Below are positions 27,240-44,697 of a stretch of DNA of 64,000 bases, in pieces. Each line of letters begins with the position of its first letter. Within the stretch, counting starts at the first letter, position 1. The translations under genes and the position numbers were made by a program. The stretch is taken from NCBI RefSeq assembly GCF_009914755.1, contig NC_060931.1. The stretch is one strand, 5' to 3'. This DNA comes from the human T2T-CHM13v2.0 reference genome, Homo sapiens. The notes under the pieces are model-generated. The model was not told where the DNA came from and made no database searches. It saw only the letters and a program-made list of their open reading frames with translations.

Positions 27240-28614
27240 TTAAGGAATTTCTGACATCAGCAAGTTGTTGCCAGCTCTCATCTGCAGAAATTGAGCCTGG
27301 CCCTCTCTCCTTGTCCAAAGGTGGGAACACTGGTCACTGGGCAGCAGGAGGCCCAGACACTGTCTCTAGGGGCAGGTCTTGTACCTGGGCCCTGTCCAAA
27401 CACAGACTTTGGGAAAATCCTCCCTTTTGTCTCTTTCCCTGTGCAGCCAGCTTGTGCTCCATCCGAAATCCAGAAGGGACAGTGTAACAGTGTGCCTCCC
27501 AGGGCACTCACCCTCTGGGACATTCAGGAAGTGTTCAGGCACACTTGCATCTCACCTATCCAGCAAACATCTTCACACCTGTTCCCCAGGGCCATGCTGG
27601 AGGGGGAAGACCAGCAGAGGACTTTCGGTACGTCAAGTCCCAGGGGCTCAGGATATGTGCATGGGGCACCTGAAAGACTGGAGAGGTGGGGAGCTGACTT
27701 CCAGTCCCTGCGGTGAGGGGGCTTTCGCCCAGGCTCTTAGTGACCCAGCGACATCCTAGGAGACAAGGAGTCCAACTCCCAGAGTGGTATTAATGATCAA
27801 AGATGCCATTTGTGAAGTGCCTGACCCTCAAGATGGTCCAAAGCTGGAGTTACCCACTCGGGTGGAAGCAGGACTTGAAAGCAGTACTGCTTTGTCCTTT
27901 ACACAACACTGTTTCTCATGAAAATCACACAGACACTCAGTAGATAACGTGATGAATGAGAGTCCACTGGCCACAGAGGAGAGTGTATTTATTCCACCAG
28001 GTTAACCAAAACGTCTCCATTGGCTACAAAGTTCCCGGGCACGCAGCCTGTCCCCACCCATGGGAGTCCCCTGGGGTGTGCAGGCTGTCAATGAAATGTC
28101 ATTCTGCGACTGCCACACTTCAGGGCTTCTTCTGACAAACAGATGGTGACTTCTGACATCCTTTGCATGGTGTTTTTGCCCGCCCTGGGGAAACCAGCAT
28201 TTGTTTCCCTCTGCTCTGACTCGTCACAGAGTTCCTTCCCCCTGACTTTGAGAAGTAAATAAAAAATGCTTTCCTTACAAAATTCCCCTCCAGTGGGTGC
28301 TTCTTCCCTCTTCTCTGCTCAAAACAGAGCTGTTTCATTACAGACTGTGCACAGGAGAGCAAAAGAAAGTGTTAAATTAAGGTGGCTCTCCCCAGCCCCC
28401 TCCAGCTAAGTCCCTGGTAGGATCTCGCCCCCTTCCCTCCCTTCAGAGGAGCAGGAAGAGTCAGAGGCTGGTGCCAAGAGGAGCATCTTCCTTCCTTCAC
28501 CTATCCATGGGTCGGGGGTGGGGGTGCCCAGCCCAAAAGATAAACAAGGGCCCACCTGTCTCCACCTCTCACAAGCACGGAGCACACCTTTCTCATGGTA
28601 AAACGGACCCCCAC

Positions 28615-28900
28615 AGCTACGGGCTCTCTGTGTGCCTCCAAAATCCATATGTTGAAATCCTCACCCACGAGGTGACGATATTAGGAGGTGAGGCCTTTGG
28701 GAGGTGCTTAGGTCATGAGGGGAGACTCTGCATGAATGGGGTTAATGCCTTTAAGAAAGGGACCCCACAAGACCCTTCACCCATTCTGCCATGGGAGGAC
28801 ACAGATAGAAGGTGCCTTGGATGAACCAGGAGCCAGCCCTCACCAGACAATCTGCCAGAGCCTTGATCTTGGACTTCCAGCCTCCAACTGTGATAGCTTC
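28615..28900 (+). mobile_element. MLT1A-type MaLR LTR (partial)
   Basis: ccaaaatccatatgttgaaatcct...ccttgatcttggacttccagcctcc. Confidence 0.8.
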
Positions 28901-29183
28901 CAGAACTGCCTGAGGTCGCAGAGCTAAATAACCACAAGCCCAAGTCCCCAGGTCCAGCTTACAGACCTACTGCTACCAATGGGTGTCCCAGGACCCAGGC
29001 ACGGATCAGTAGGCATCCCAGCACTTCCAACAAGCCAGTTTCCTCCTGTCAAATGAGCTGCCCCACCTATTCTAACCGAAAATGAGAACATAGGAAACTG
29101 TCTAGTTAATAGGTGCCCTGTGCTGAGGACATCATGATTTACTTTTCCACTCCTTGCCAAGCATTTCTTCACCATCAAGTTGA

Positions 29184-29624
<441 letters not shown>

Positions 29625-32030
29625 TAGAACACTGAGGAAGAGCTAGATGGTAGTGCATGCCACTGGTCACGAAAGGGGAGGGCTTTCTACACTCCCCTCC
29701 CATAGAAATCTCTGTTACTGTTTGATGTGGACAAGGCGCCCAAGGCTCTAGGAAGTTTAACAACCTGCTCAGCTTCAAAACCTGCACCAGATCCTTAAAC
29801 AGGGTGCTGACAGCAAGAGGACCCAGCCTGGTCTCCCCTCCCTTGGGGGGCTCCCATGGGAAGGCTGGGGCAGTGGGAGGCGGGTCACCCACAGATAGCC
29901 ATCTCAGTTACCACTGTCCTTTCGGAAACCTCTCTAATCGACCCCCGTCCTTTCACACCTCCCCAGTTTCTTCCTGACCGAAAATGCCCCAACATTGCCT
30001 GACTTAGATCAGAAAATGACCACTGGACCACATCTGGAACTGTGGGTAATGAAGCCCTAGGGGATCCCACCTGGGGGCAGCCTGAGCAGTTCTCAGCCAA
30101 CACTGCTCCTCAAATCCCCTGCAGGAGCTGGTTAAAAACATACCGACATCACACAAACTCCACCCCTACCACTTACACCACAGTCAGGGGACTCCACAGT
30201 CTTGGGGGAACCCTAGGCAGTGATATTTCTTCACAGTCTTCCCAGGAGCTCTGATTTGTAGTTGGGTTAAGAAGCACAGAGAGCCATGAGATCTGGGGAT
30301 AGAGGCAGGTGCCCTGCTCTCCTGTAGCCTGGAGCCTCCCCCAGGAGGCCTGGACTGAGGTGGTCCAGAGAGCTGCGGCGGACCCCGACCCCACTCCTCT
30401 ACTCACTGCCTGCGGGTTTATTATTAATTATTCTGGGCCACAGTTTCTTCATCTGCTAAAGCGGATGATCAAATTGCAACCGACCTCAAAAGCTTCTAAT
30501 GAGGCGCTGAGGCTCAGACCTTAACCATCTTACCTGAGCCACTTGTCTCACGTGGCGTCCACGTCCGGCACCCCCTGGCCTCACACACAGTCACCGCACA
30601 GCAGCACTGCTGTTCCGGAGCTGGACTGAGCTCCCAGGACCTGCCGTCACCGCAGGAGAGCTCCTTCCTTACAGTCTTCCTGCGTCCCAGCCCTGTGCAC
30701 ATCCACTGAATAAGAGCCTGAGGAAAACCCCTCCCCAGGTGGCCCAGGACGGTGAGGTGCTGAGGCTGGGAGCCTGTGGCAATTTCTACACATCTGTTTT
30801 CAGCTTCCTAAAAGGTTCGATGTATTGCTCTTATAATTTTTTTAAATATCACTAAAGTATACTTACAGCATAGTACTCACAATCCTCTTATCCTCCTTAT
30901 TTAAAAAAAAAAGTTTTTAAATGTTATTCAAGCAAAGAAAAAGGCAGTTCAAGTCCCACCTCACCACTGAAGCTTCTCATCCCATGTCTGCAGTGACAGC
31001 CATCACTGTCCACCCAGGCTAGCAGGGAACAGACATGGGCTTGCGGCATACCCCACTCATACTATAAACTACGCGTGTGCCAAGACCACGGTCTCTCAGT
31101 GTGTGCGCTCAGCACCCGCCTGGTAAGACACGGCTGTGCTCAACAGGCGCTGCGGATGGAATGACTAAAATGACAAAGACAGACGCCAGGTTTTAAGGTC
31201 ACCCCCTTGACTACCACACCCCTCAGTCACGCCCTGGGCTGGGCCTTTGGAACACCCTGAGCTGTGGCCTCCTATCTGCTGCCCTTTGAGTTTCTGATTA
31301 GATGGTTTACAATTATACTGGCAGGGTTCATCTGTCCATTCATTCATTCCCGAGTTTATAGCCTAGGAGGGAGCAGAGAGAAGATAAAGCCAAGGAGGCG
31401 GTGGACCCTCCAGGGTGAGGAGGGAGGGAGGCAGTGTGTGTCGGGCTCCAGTGTAGACTGGGCCTTGCCCAAAACAGGTAAGCAGAGGCTCAGGAGCAAA
31501 GGGTGGGAGTGGGGCGGAGGGCAAAGCGAAGAATTGTGTTGACTTCAACTGGACTAAGAATTAAGAGAGATAAGGGGCCTGTGTCGGGGAGTGGAAGGCA
31601 AGTGTGGGTGGGACGTGAAGGAGTAACCAGCACTCAGTGGAGCCCTGGGGACATTAGATTTGGAGGCATGCTTCTGCTGAAATTGCTGAAATTGCTGAAA
31701 TTGCAGGGGGCAGCGGCACACACTGGACACGAAGACACTTTTATCAATGGGGTTCCGGGAGCTGCTCCTCCCAGACCTCTAGGTGTCCACTGTTAGTCAC
31801 CAGCACAAGGTACTGGGGACAATCCTATAGTTCCATCAGATGGCCAGGTCCACATTGTGCATCTTCCCTGCATGAGGTAGGGAAGATGAAGGTCTGAGGG
31901 ACAGCAAGCCAAGGTCACAGACTTCCAGGAGCCCTCAGCATGGCCCCACGTCTACGCCGCCATCCACCCCTCCACAGTCCTTTCTCATCAGTGCATAGCT
32001 GCTCTGTGCAGCAACACGCACAGGAGCTAA

Positions 32031-32474
<444 letters not shown>

Positions 32475-32479
32475 TAACC

Positions 32480-34090
<1,611 letters not shown>

Positions 34091-37000
34091 CTCCTGATGG
34101 GCCCTGGCACACAGACCGCCTACTGGCCCATTCCAGGTTTTTCATGCTCTGACCAGAACACTGCAGTATCAACTCTACCCACGTCCCCGCCCTCCCACCC
34201 CATCCCCACAACCTAGTTACTTCGTTTGGCTCTTGACAGGGGTGCCAGACCCATGCCTTGGTCTCCTCTCCCCTCTTCCATCCCTCCCACCCATCCCCAC
34301 TCAGCTAAACATTGGTCCCCAAATGCAACACTGAGGTCTCCCCTGCGAGGCCTTCTCAGGGTGGATCGGGCAAGGTCTTCTGGCCCCAGGCCTCAGGGCC
34401 CCACAAAAGTTCTTACATCACAGGGAAGCCCTGCACCCTCACCCTGCCCTTCACCTATCCAAGGCCCAGATGCGAGAAGGGGTCCATGCCTGTTTGCTGA
34501 ATTAATGAAGGAAGGAAGAAGGGAAATGGGAATAGAAACACGGCCCCATGGTTCCATGGCCAGCAATGTCCACAGGAAGCCTTGATGTATGGAGAGGGCT
34601 TGGTGAACTGCACAGCCCTTTGCAAAAGATAAACGCGTAGAACAAATGGGTGAGCAGCCAGACCACAGGATCCGTCCTGTAAGGCGGTAACCTTGGCTTG
34701 CTGTCCCTCTGACCTTCACCTTCCCAACCTCATGTAAGCAAGATGCTGTCCCTAGTTGTCCCACAGCAAGACAGCTAGGACCAGGAGATAGAAGCACAAA
34801 GACACATTTGCAGCAGGGTCTCAATGGGCAAGGCACATGCGAACAAAATCTCTATGTTCTCATTTCAAACACATATCACAATGGTCAATTCTCCTTCAAG
34901 GAATGTGTTCTAAGGCAATGACCATGCCTGGAAAGATCTACGTGGAAGGGCAGGGTACAGAATTATGCACAACAAAAAAAGCTGGAAGCAGTTTTAATAG
35001 CCAGCAACTGGGCTCTGGTCATTTTATGGTACTAACATAGAATGGGATTCGAATACTATGAAGTCACTAAAAATAATAATCACATCCATATTCACTTATA
35101 TGGAAAACGCCCATGGGATATTAACAAAGTTACAAAACAAAACAGACCTAAGTTTTGGTCATTCCTAAACAGTCTTACCCCACTCCTGAGGAGTCATGCC
35201 ACCCCAAAGAGACAGAATTTTGCTGTGGAGTGACTGAGCACATCTCCCAAGTCTGCACCCAGCCAAGGAACATGAGCTCACTCAGAAAAAGGGCAAGGAG
35301 GGGCTCAGCCTCTTGGGAGCCTGGGTGAATAGCATTCACCAGACCTGTGGGAAGCGCCAGGAAGATCTTCCTAAAACACCCGGTTCCTTCAGGAAGCATC
35401 TCCTCGGAGTGCTCCTGCTTCTTTCTCAAATGGGCAAGGTGGGCTCCCTGCTGCACAGAGGGCAGACAAGCTCTAGCACCTGAGCTCCCGGGCAGAAGGC
35501 TGGCCTGGTGTCCACTTCCTGCCGCTGGACTCGGGAACTGAGCAAAAGCAGGTGGCTAGACCCTGGGCACGTCCTGAAGGTGGAGGCCCAGTGGGGCACA
35601 GCCATGGACTGGATGGTTCTGTCTCACTCCAGGTGTTTCCTTAAGCAAATGGGGAGACCACGGAGGAGGTGGGTGAGGGCACAAAACGTCATGTGGCTGG
35701 AGCCCTGGGTGTGGCCACCTCAGGCCAAAGGGAAGGAGCTAGAGTTCCAGCATAGCCACCAGGAGCAGGGGAGCCTTTGGCTGGGTCAGGGTTCAAAACT
35801 ACAGGCAAGGAGACCCCCAGTGGAATAATTCATGCCTTGGGGAGCACTTTGAAAAGTCATTGGACAGTCTACAATGAGAACTACGAAAACATTCGCACTG
35901 CAGACCCTGCTCTTTCCACACCTGTGAATCTCAACTCAGTAAGTGTCCACAGACAGGAGAGAAACAACACCCCACACAGGCAAAGTTAAGTCAGCAGACC
36001 AAGGTTCACACTGTGCACATGTGTGTTAGATAAGTAGAGAGTAAGAAGTGTGCAAATTCATGGAATGGAAGTATGGCTGTTATCACCCTAAATTCTTGCA
36101 CTTGCAGAGACTGAAATAACAGGGAATGACGTCTGCTAAGGCACAGCTGGAGCGGGGCAGGGGTGGGGTGGAGAGGGAGGCTACAAAACCGTGTGTCCAC
36201 CGGGAGCGATCCTTGGCCTCTCTGCAAATGCACTTCTTGTGTTGGAGTGCTTTTACAAGGAAAATGGAAACATTTAAACAGACATTGAAAAGGGGCGGCA
36301 TTCTTACCCACCATATTTATCTGCATAAACCTCCCCACGCCCATCACATTCTTCTGGCACACCTAATTCATTTCTTTTTTTTTCATTATTTTTCTCCTGA
36401 GGCTATTTTGGCTGCAAGATAGATTCTAACAGAATAACAGGGATTTAACAAATAAAAGGAATGCTTAGGGATGCGTTAACAGTAATCTTGCCAAGCCAGG
36501 AAGCCGTCTAGAGCTTGGCACATGAGTGAAGGCGAGAAACAATTTGCCTGGAGAAACAAGAAGAAAAATAACAACAAAAAATCACTCTCTGCCTCCGTTG
36601 CAGAAATCAACAAGACACACACAGGCAGACAGACCTCGTTTTATTGTGCTTTGCTTTATTGAACTTTGCAGATACTCAGTTTTTTTTAACAAACTAAAGG
36701 TTTGTGGCAACCCCACGTCAGTGCCATTTTCCCAAAAGCATGAGCTCACTTCTGGTCCCTGTGTCACATTTTGGAAGCTCTCACCATATTTCAAACTTTT
36801 TCATTATTATTATATCTTTCATGGTTATTTGTGATCTGTGCTCTTTGATGTTACTATTGTAATTGTTTTGGGGTGCCATGAACCAAATCCATATAAGACT
36901 GAGAACTTAATGGATAAACGTTCTGTGTGTTCTGATGCTCTGGACTGCTCTTTCCCTCTCCTCGGACCTCCATATTCCCTGAGACACAACAACACTGAAA

Positions 37001-38055
37001 TCAGGCCAATTAATAACCAGTAGTGTTGAAGTGAAAGGAAGAGTCACATCTCTTAAAAGCTAGAAATGAGTCAGCTTAGTGGGGAAGGCATGTGCTCAGA
37101 CAGGCTAAAAGCCAGGCCTCTCATGCCAAACAGTTAGCCAAGGTGCAAATGCAAATGAAAAGTTCTTGAAGGAAATTAAAAGTGCTGCTCCAGTAAACAC
37201 ACCAATGATAAGAAAGCAAAACAGCCTTTTTGCTGTTACAAAGAAAGTTTGAATGGTCTGGATTAGAAGATCAAACCAGCCACCACATTCCCTTAAGCCA
37301 AAGCCTAATCCAGAGCAAGGCCCTAACTCTCTTCAATTCTGTGCAGACTCAGCAAGGTGAGGAAGCGGCAGGAGAAAAGTTTGAAGCTAGCAGAGGTTGG
37401 CTCAAGAGGTTTAGGTAAACAAGCCATCTCCATAACATAGCAGAGTAAGGTGAAGCAGCAAGTACTAATGTAGAAGCTGCCGCAAGTTATTCAGAAGATC
37501 TAGCTAAGACCATTGATGAAGGTGGCTACACTAAACAACAGATTTCAATGCAGACAAAATCAGCCTTCTATTAGAAGACGCCACCTAGGACTTTCATAGC
37601 CAGAGAGGAGAAGTCAATGTCAAGCTTCAAAGCTTCGAAGCACAGGCTAACTGTCTTGTGAGGGGCTAAGGCAACTAATGCCTGGAAGTTGAAGCAAATG
37701 CTCATTTACCATTCTGAAGATTCCAGAGTCCTGAAGAATTATGCAAAATCTATCCTCCCTGTGCTCTATAAATAGAACAGTAAAGCCTGGATGACAGAAC
37801 TTCTGCATACAACATGGTTTATTGACTATTTTAAGCTCACTGTTGAGACTTACTGTTGAGCTCACTGTGGAGACACTACTGCTCAGAAAAAAAGAGATTC
37901 GTTTCAAAATATTACTACCTGTTGACAATGCAGGTGGTCATGCAGCAACTCTGACAGAGATGTACAAAGAAATGAATGTTGTTTTCATGCCTACTAACAC
38001 AACATCCATTCTATGGCCCATGGATCAAGGAGTAATTTTGACTTTCAACTCTTAC

Positions 38056-38366
38056 TTTTTTTTTTTTGAGATGAAGTCTGGCTCTTTTTGCCCAGGCTGG
38101 AGTGCAATGGTGCAATCTCGGCTAACTGCAGCCTCCGGCTCACTGCAACCTCCACCTCGAGGTTCAAGCGATTTTCCTGCCTCAGCCTCCCGAGTAGCTG
38201 GGATTACAGGAGGCTGCCACCAAGCCTGTCTAATTTTTGTATTTTTAGTAGAGACGGGGTTTCACCATGTTGGCCAGGCTGGTCTCGAACGCCTGACCTC
38301 AGGTGATCCGCCCACCTCGGCCTCCCAAAGTGCTGGGATTACAAGCGTGAGCCACTGTGCCTGGCC
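38056..38366 (-). mobile_element. AluS within Tigger1
   Basis: Reverse dimer; TSD tcaa(c/g)tcttactttt. Confidence 0.95.
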
Positions 38367-38398
38367 CTCAAGTCTTACTTTTTAAGAAATACATTTTG

Positions 38399-38831
<433 letters not shown>

Positions 38832-38939
38832 TCAGTGAAGAAAGGAGCTGCAAATGTGCTGGGAACAGCAAGAGCACTAGAACTAGACGTGGAGCCTGAA
38901 GATGTGACTGAATTGCTGCAATCGCATGATCAATCTTTA

Positions 38940-39768
<829 letters not shown>

Positions 39769-40189
39769 CTATTAAACACCATCACATGCTACAGAGAAGT
39801 CTTTCATGAAGGAGTCAACTGACGTGGCAAACTTTATCATCGTCTTATTTTAAGGAATTGCCACAGCCACCCCAACCTTCAGTAGCTACTGATCCGTCCA
39901 AAGCCATGAACTTGTAGGCAAGACTTTCCATCAGCAAAAAGATTTTAACTTGCTGAAGGCTCAGATGATTGTTACCATTCTTTAGCAATAACGCATTTTT
40001 AAATTGACATGTACATTGTTTTTCTAGACATACTGCCATTTTCACACTTAATATAACTACAGCTTAGTATAATCAACTTTTATATGCACTGGGAAACTAA
40101 AAGATGTGTGCAACTTACTTTATCTCAATATTCATTTTATTGCAATGGTCCAGTTGGCACCAAACTGCAGTATCTCCAAAGTAAGCCTG

Positions 40190-40362
40190 CACACACATAA
40201 TACACACATGCACATTACATGCACATAGACACATACATGTAGGTGTGCATGCATGCATGCACGGTATACATGTGTGTGTTCATGTGGACACACATACACT
40301 TGTGTACATATACATTTAGGAACGTGCACTTACATACACACATACGCATATAAACACACACA
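40190..40362. repeat. Degenerate (CA/TA/TG)n tract
   Basis: Direct reading. Confidence 0.75.
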
Positions 40363-41287
40363 AAGGCGGAGGCAACCAGTTGGAGTTCAGTGTGTGAATC
40401 CCATGTTCAGATTCTCCTTGAACCCACATGCCCTCTTTTGTAGAATAACCCTGTTGACAATTGGGCAGTAAGAGGTTCTAGTAAACTGCAGAAGATCCTG
40501 GAGACACTTTAAAATCAAAACGTGATTTTTAAAAAATTACCTTTAGTAAAACAAGTCAGCTACTCTAAGGAGGTTCCCAGATAGATTATTTAGAGTCCTC
40601 ATCCTGAGACACACTAAGGGCCAAGACCCCCTGAGCAGGGGTCTCTCCAGGCCATCTGGGGACAACTCTGCACCCCCATGAATGTGGGTGTTCTGCCTGT
40701 CCTGGGGCCCTAGGAGCCTCCGGCCTGAGTCTGGGCATCTGAAGCTCTGAGGTAGGGAACCGAGGACGACAGAGGGCCCCACATCCCTTAGGCCCAATCC
40801 ACAGGCGAGCATGATTATTATTTTGTTGGTTGTTTGACTTTTCTTTCCCTAAGCCCATAATTGTGACTTCCTCCCAACAAGTTCCTCCGGTCAGTGGGTA
40901 CATCTGAGTCACACTCTGGGGGCAGGGGCGAGTGAAGCTTCCCAAGCTGAGGGAAGCAAAGCAGAGGCATAACAGCTGAGATCTTCAGGGGCTGCAAAGT
41001 GCGGGCCCCAGGCCAGACGCTGCCCGCTCTCACTGGCTGGGCTGAGGGGAATGCAACCTCCCATAAACCCAAATGGCAAAACTCCACAAGTCTTTGGTAC
41101 AGTGAGCATGGCATGCAAGGAAGGAATGGCACCTGGCGATTCTCAATGCAACGGTGCTGGGCAGAAGGGCAGGTTGCAGCCAAGAGGCCCTACTCCCAGC
41201 CCTCTGTCCTCCAGTCCCTGCCACCAAGCCATGCCCCCCACAGACGATAACCAGGAGCAGCGGGGGCGGGGAGCAACAGAACCTGAC

Positions 41288-41371
41288 CTGTGCAGGGTGT
41301 GCAGGGTGCCTAGTCCCCATCTTCCACCAGTTGGTGATGCATCCGAATCCTGATCTCTGCCTGGAGCACAT
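41288..41371 (-). CDS. TNS3: Candidate alternative first coding exon: MCSRQRSGFGCITNWWKMGTRHPAHPAQ, in frame with C1 exon
   Basis: ATG 41371, second in-frame ATG in strong context (aagATGG), 84 nt, donor CAG|gtcagg, phase 0. Confidence 0.55.
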
Positions 41372-41929
41372 GAGGAGGCTCAGATCCACCTTGGACAAGT
41401 CCTGCAAATGTCCAGGGTCAGAACAATCCTTAAGACCAACAGTGCGTCTGGGAAAGTTTACAAGCGTCCTACGTAAGGGAGAGGCTGACTTTTCGTCTTT
41501 CCTCAGGGTGCAGTCACGGGTGATATGCACAGCTTTGTCAGAGGCTTTGAAAACCAGCAGCCGCCAAGGCTACTTCCACCAGGACCATCAAACCTGCCTG
41601 CAGCGAGCTCACAAATGGACCTTTCTGTCCCAACACTACTATTTAACCCAACCCTCACCCATCTAGGGGGTGCTATCTTTTAATCTTTCAAATACAGGAA
41701 AGGAAGAGTCACAATGTGGAACGAAAAAAATGGTCCTGTCCATTTCTGCAATGCCTTTCCTTGCAACACATACAGAAATCTATCTTAAGTAACAACCAGG
41801 TAAAGCACCCATATGGGTAAATAACTGAAGGTTTTATGGGAATATGACGTGGCAACTGGCAGAATACTCTCTGGGATTTTTCATCCTAGTTTGTTTTTTT
41901 AAGTGCCGACTGACTTCTCTGCCTACTAA

Positions 41930-42095
41930 TAATTGGAGGCGCTGGGGACATTTGGAAATGTGAGGACATTTTAACCATCACCACCACTGGGGTGGCCACT
42001 AGCATGTAGTGGGAGGAGGTAGGGAGGCCACGCCATTCCTAGAGCAAACTGTCCAACAATGAATTATTCCACACCACATGCCATGAACCACGCCT
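41930..42095. mobile_element. MER20-type hAT fragment
   Basis: gggacatttggaaatgtgaggacatttt...ctagcatgtagtggg...aatgaattat. Confidence 0.6.
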
Positions 42096-43320
42096 TACTG
42101 GATTACATCCACAGTTCAAGAATGTGTGTCATGGAATTCTCCAGAGGAAGTCTCCAAACTGGAAGGATGGCCTCTTTTCCAGAGGGCTGCGTAGAAGGCC
42201 TGCGGTGAGCAGGCCTCGGGACATCTCTGCTGTCTGCCCATCGTCCCTCTGGCAAATGACAAATGACGAGAACTTCTGCACCACTCCCACCCCCACCAAG
42301 GAGGCCTGAGCACACGAGGCAGGCCCAGGCTGGCCCTCCACTGTCCACCCCCATGTGGGTGCTGACGCCTGTATACAGGACACTGCTTCCTGCAGGCAAG
42401 AATGAGGGAGCCCGATTCTAGCATCAGAGCCTCTTGTAGGTTCCCAACATAAAAGGAAACAGGGTATTTGCCGTCCTGATAAGAGCAAGCTACAGCAAGC
42501 CGGTGCCGAGGAGGATCAAAGAGGCTGCGCCACCTCCTAGGAATGCTTCCTCGGCCTGCATTGTTTTCTTCTTTTATTCTTACCCCAGGGCAAAAAGCAA
42601 AGCTCCCAGTCTGTGCCTCATTTCAGGCTAACTTGACACTTGGCAGAGGGTCCCACACCCTCCTCCATGCAAGAGTGGGTGCCTCCACCAACCCCAACCC
42701 CTTTGTGTCCATCAGCCCAACTTCAAAGAGGCCGACCCCAGCACCTCCCCACCCTGCAGTGGAGCACACCTGCAGGGACCAAGAAAGGCCCAGGTTTTCA
42801 TTCTAAGGACTTGGGGTTCAGGCCCACCTCTCCCATCACCTACTTGCAAATTTCCACCGACTCCTGTTTCGTCGATGGAAAAACTGGGACAAAATAACCA
42901 CAGCCTCCCTGGGCAGGTTTCCCACGCATGAGGAGAGGACAAGGCCCACTGCCTGGGGCCCCCCTCAGCAGAGGGTCCCAGCTCTGCCTCCCCAGGGTCC
43001 CACTCTCCCACACAGCCACCCTATGGGACATTCCTCTGTGTACACCTGCAGGAAAACCCTGCTCAGGGTCCAAGTCCAAGCCCTCCTTGGTTATGTCCAA
43101 GGCCATGAGCAGGAGGAAGCTTTGCATGACCCCCTCGAGCCCTTCCACTCACCTGGTAATGGCAAAACTGGCCGCAAATCTCCCAGAGCCGAAATCTCCC
43201 CAGAGGGAGCCCAAGGGAAAGCACTGGAAGGCAGAAGCAAATCTCGCAACGCCCGTGTCTATAGACCTCCCATGTCACTCTTCCAACCCCATGTTTAATG
43301 CATATTTAAATATACAGACA

Positions 43321-43624
43321 GGCAGGGCGTGGTGGTTCACACCTGTAATCCCATCACTTTGGGAGGCCAAGGTGGGCGGATCATGAGATCAGGAATTTGA
43401 GACCAGTCTGGCCAATATGGTGAAACTCCATCTCTACTAAAAATACAGAAATTAGCCAGGCATGGTGACGCGCGCCTGTAGTCTCAGCTACTTGGGAGGC
43501 TGAGGCAGAAGAACTGCTTGAACCTGAGAGGTGGAGGTTGCAGTGAGCCAAGATCACGCCACTGCACTCACACCTGGGCAACAAAGCAAAACTCCATCTC
43601 ACAAAAAATAAATAAATAAATAAA
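43321..43624 (+). mobile_element. AluS
   Basis: Full dimer, (TAAA)n tail. Confidence 0.95.
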
Positions 43625-44338
43625 CAGACATCAAGACACATGTTCAGATTTTTAATAATGGGAGCGGGAGAATTCTCCAAGGGACAGCAGAGGTGGCTTC
43701 ACAACATTGCATCTTAGGAATGTGCCCTTGGCGAGTTCCAAGAACTTTCTGGTGCAGGGCGGTGCCTCAGCCTCGTCACATCATCTTTACGCACCCCAGG
43801 ACTATGCAGAGAATGGAGAACAAGAGGCAGGGATGGGGGCTGGAAGGGGCTAAAACAAGAGCCACAGGAGCCAATCTTACGAGAGGCCAGCCCTCCTGCT
43901 CTACATCTCTGAGGCCTCCATCAAAGTTCACAGCATCCTATGGCCCCAGTCTCCCTGGGGCCCTTGTCCATCTCTGCACTCACCTCCTTCCACTCCCCCT
44001 CATTCCAGGCCCAAGCTCCACCATGCATCTTCATCAGGGCAATGGGCAGCCTGGGGACCAGGACACGCAGAGAGAGCTGCTGTAGCATAGGACAAGGAAA
44101 CCCTGGCCTTCACATTCGGCGGTCGAGCAGCCCTGATGATCTGATGAAGCTACAAACCCTGAGAACAATCCACACACACTACACCTAGCATGAAGGGATT
44201 CACGATGCTGCTGAGGGCCACTGGGGCCCCAAGGTAGGAAGCTGGGTCTACACCACCTGCTCCACCCCCGCAGGACTGCAAGAGCCGGCCGCGGGTCTCC
44301 CTTTGCAGCCCACCTCAAACTGGGCTTTTCTGCATCAT

Positions 44339-44697
44339 TGCCATGGTCAGAATGTCTGTGACCCGCCCCCCTACCCCCAATTCCTATGTTGAAGACCTGA
44401 ACCCCAAGGTGATGGTATGAGGAGCTGGGGCCTCAGGAAGGTGGTTAGGTCATGAGGCTGGAGCCTCAGGATGGGCTTAGGGCCTCATAATAATGACCCC
44501 AGGGAGCTCCCTCACCCCTCTACCATGTGAGGGCACATAGAAGTCACCATCTATGAACCAGGAAACAGGCCCTCACCAGACACCGAGGGCCTTGATCTTG
44601 GACTTCCAGCCTCCAGAACTGTGAGAAATAAATTCCTGTCGTCTATCAATTGCCCAATCTAAGGTATCAGGTTGTAGCAGCACAAACCAATTAAGAT
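44339..44697 (+). mobile_element. MLT1A-type MaLR solo LTR
   Basis: tgccatggtcagaatgtc...cttgatcttggacttccagcctccagaactgtgagaaataaa. Confidence 0.85.

Noticed and set aside
41330-41400. C/D-box-like motifs on + strand (GTGATGC, CTGA, ATGAGGA, CAGA); I recall a snoRNA annotated somewhere in this TNS3 intron
   Set aside because: Boxes C and D are non-canonical and the strand is antisense to the host; cannot place or support it without an Rfam/snoRNA database search
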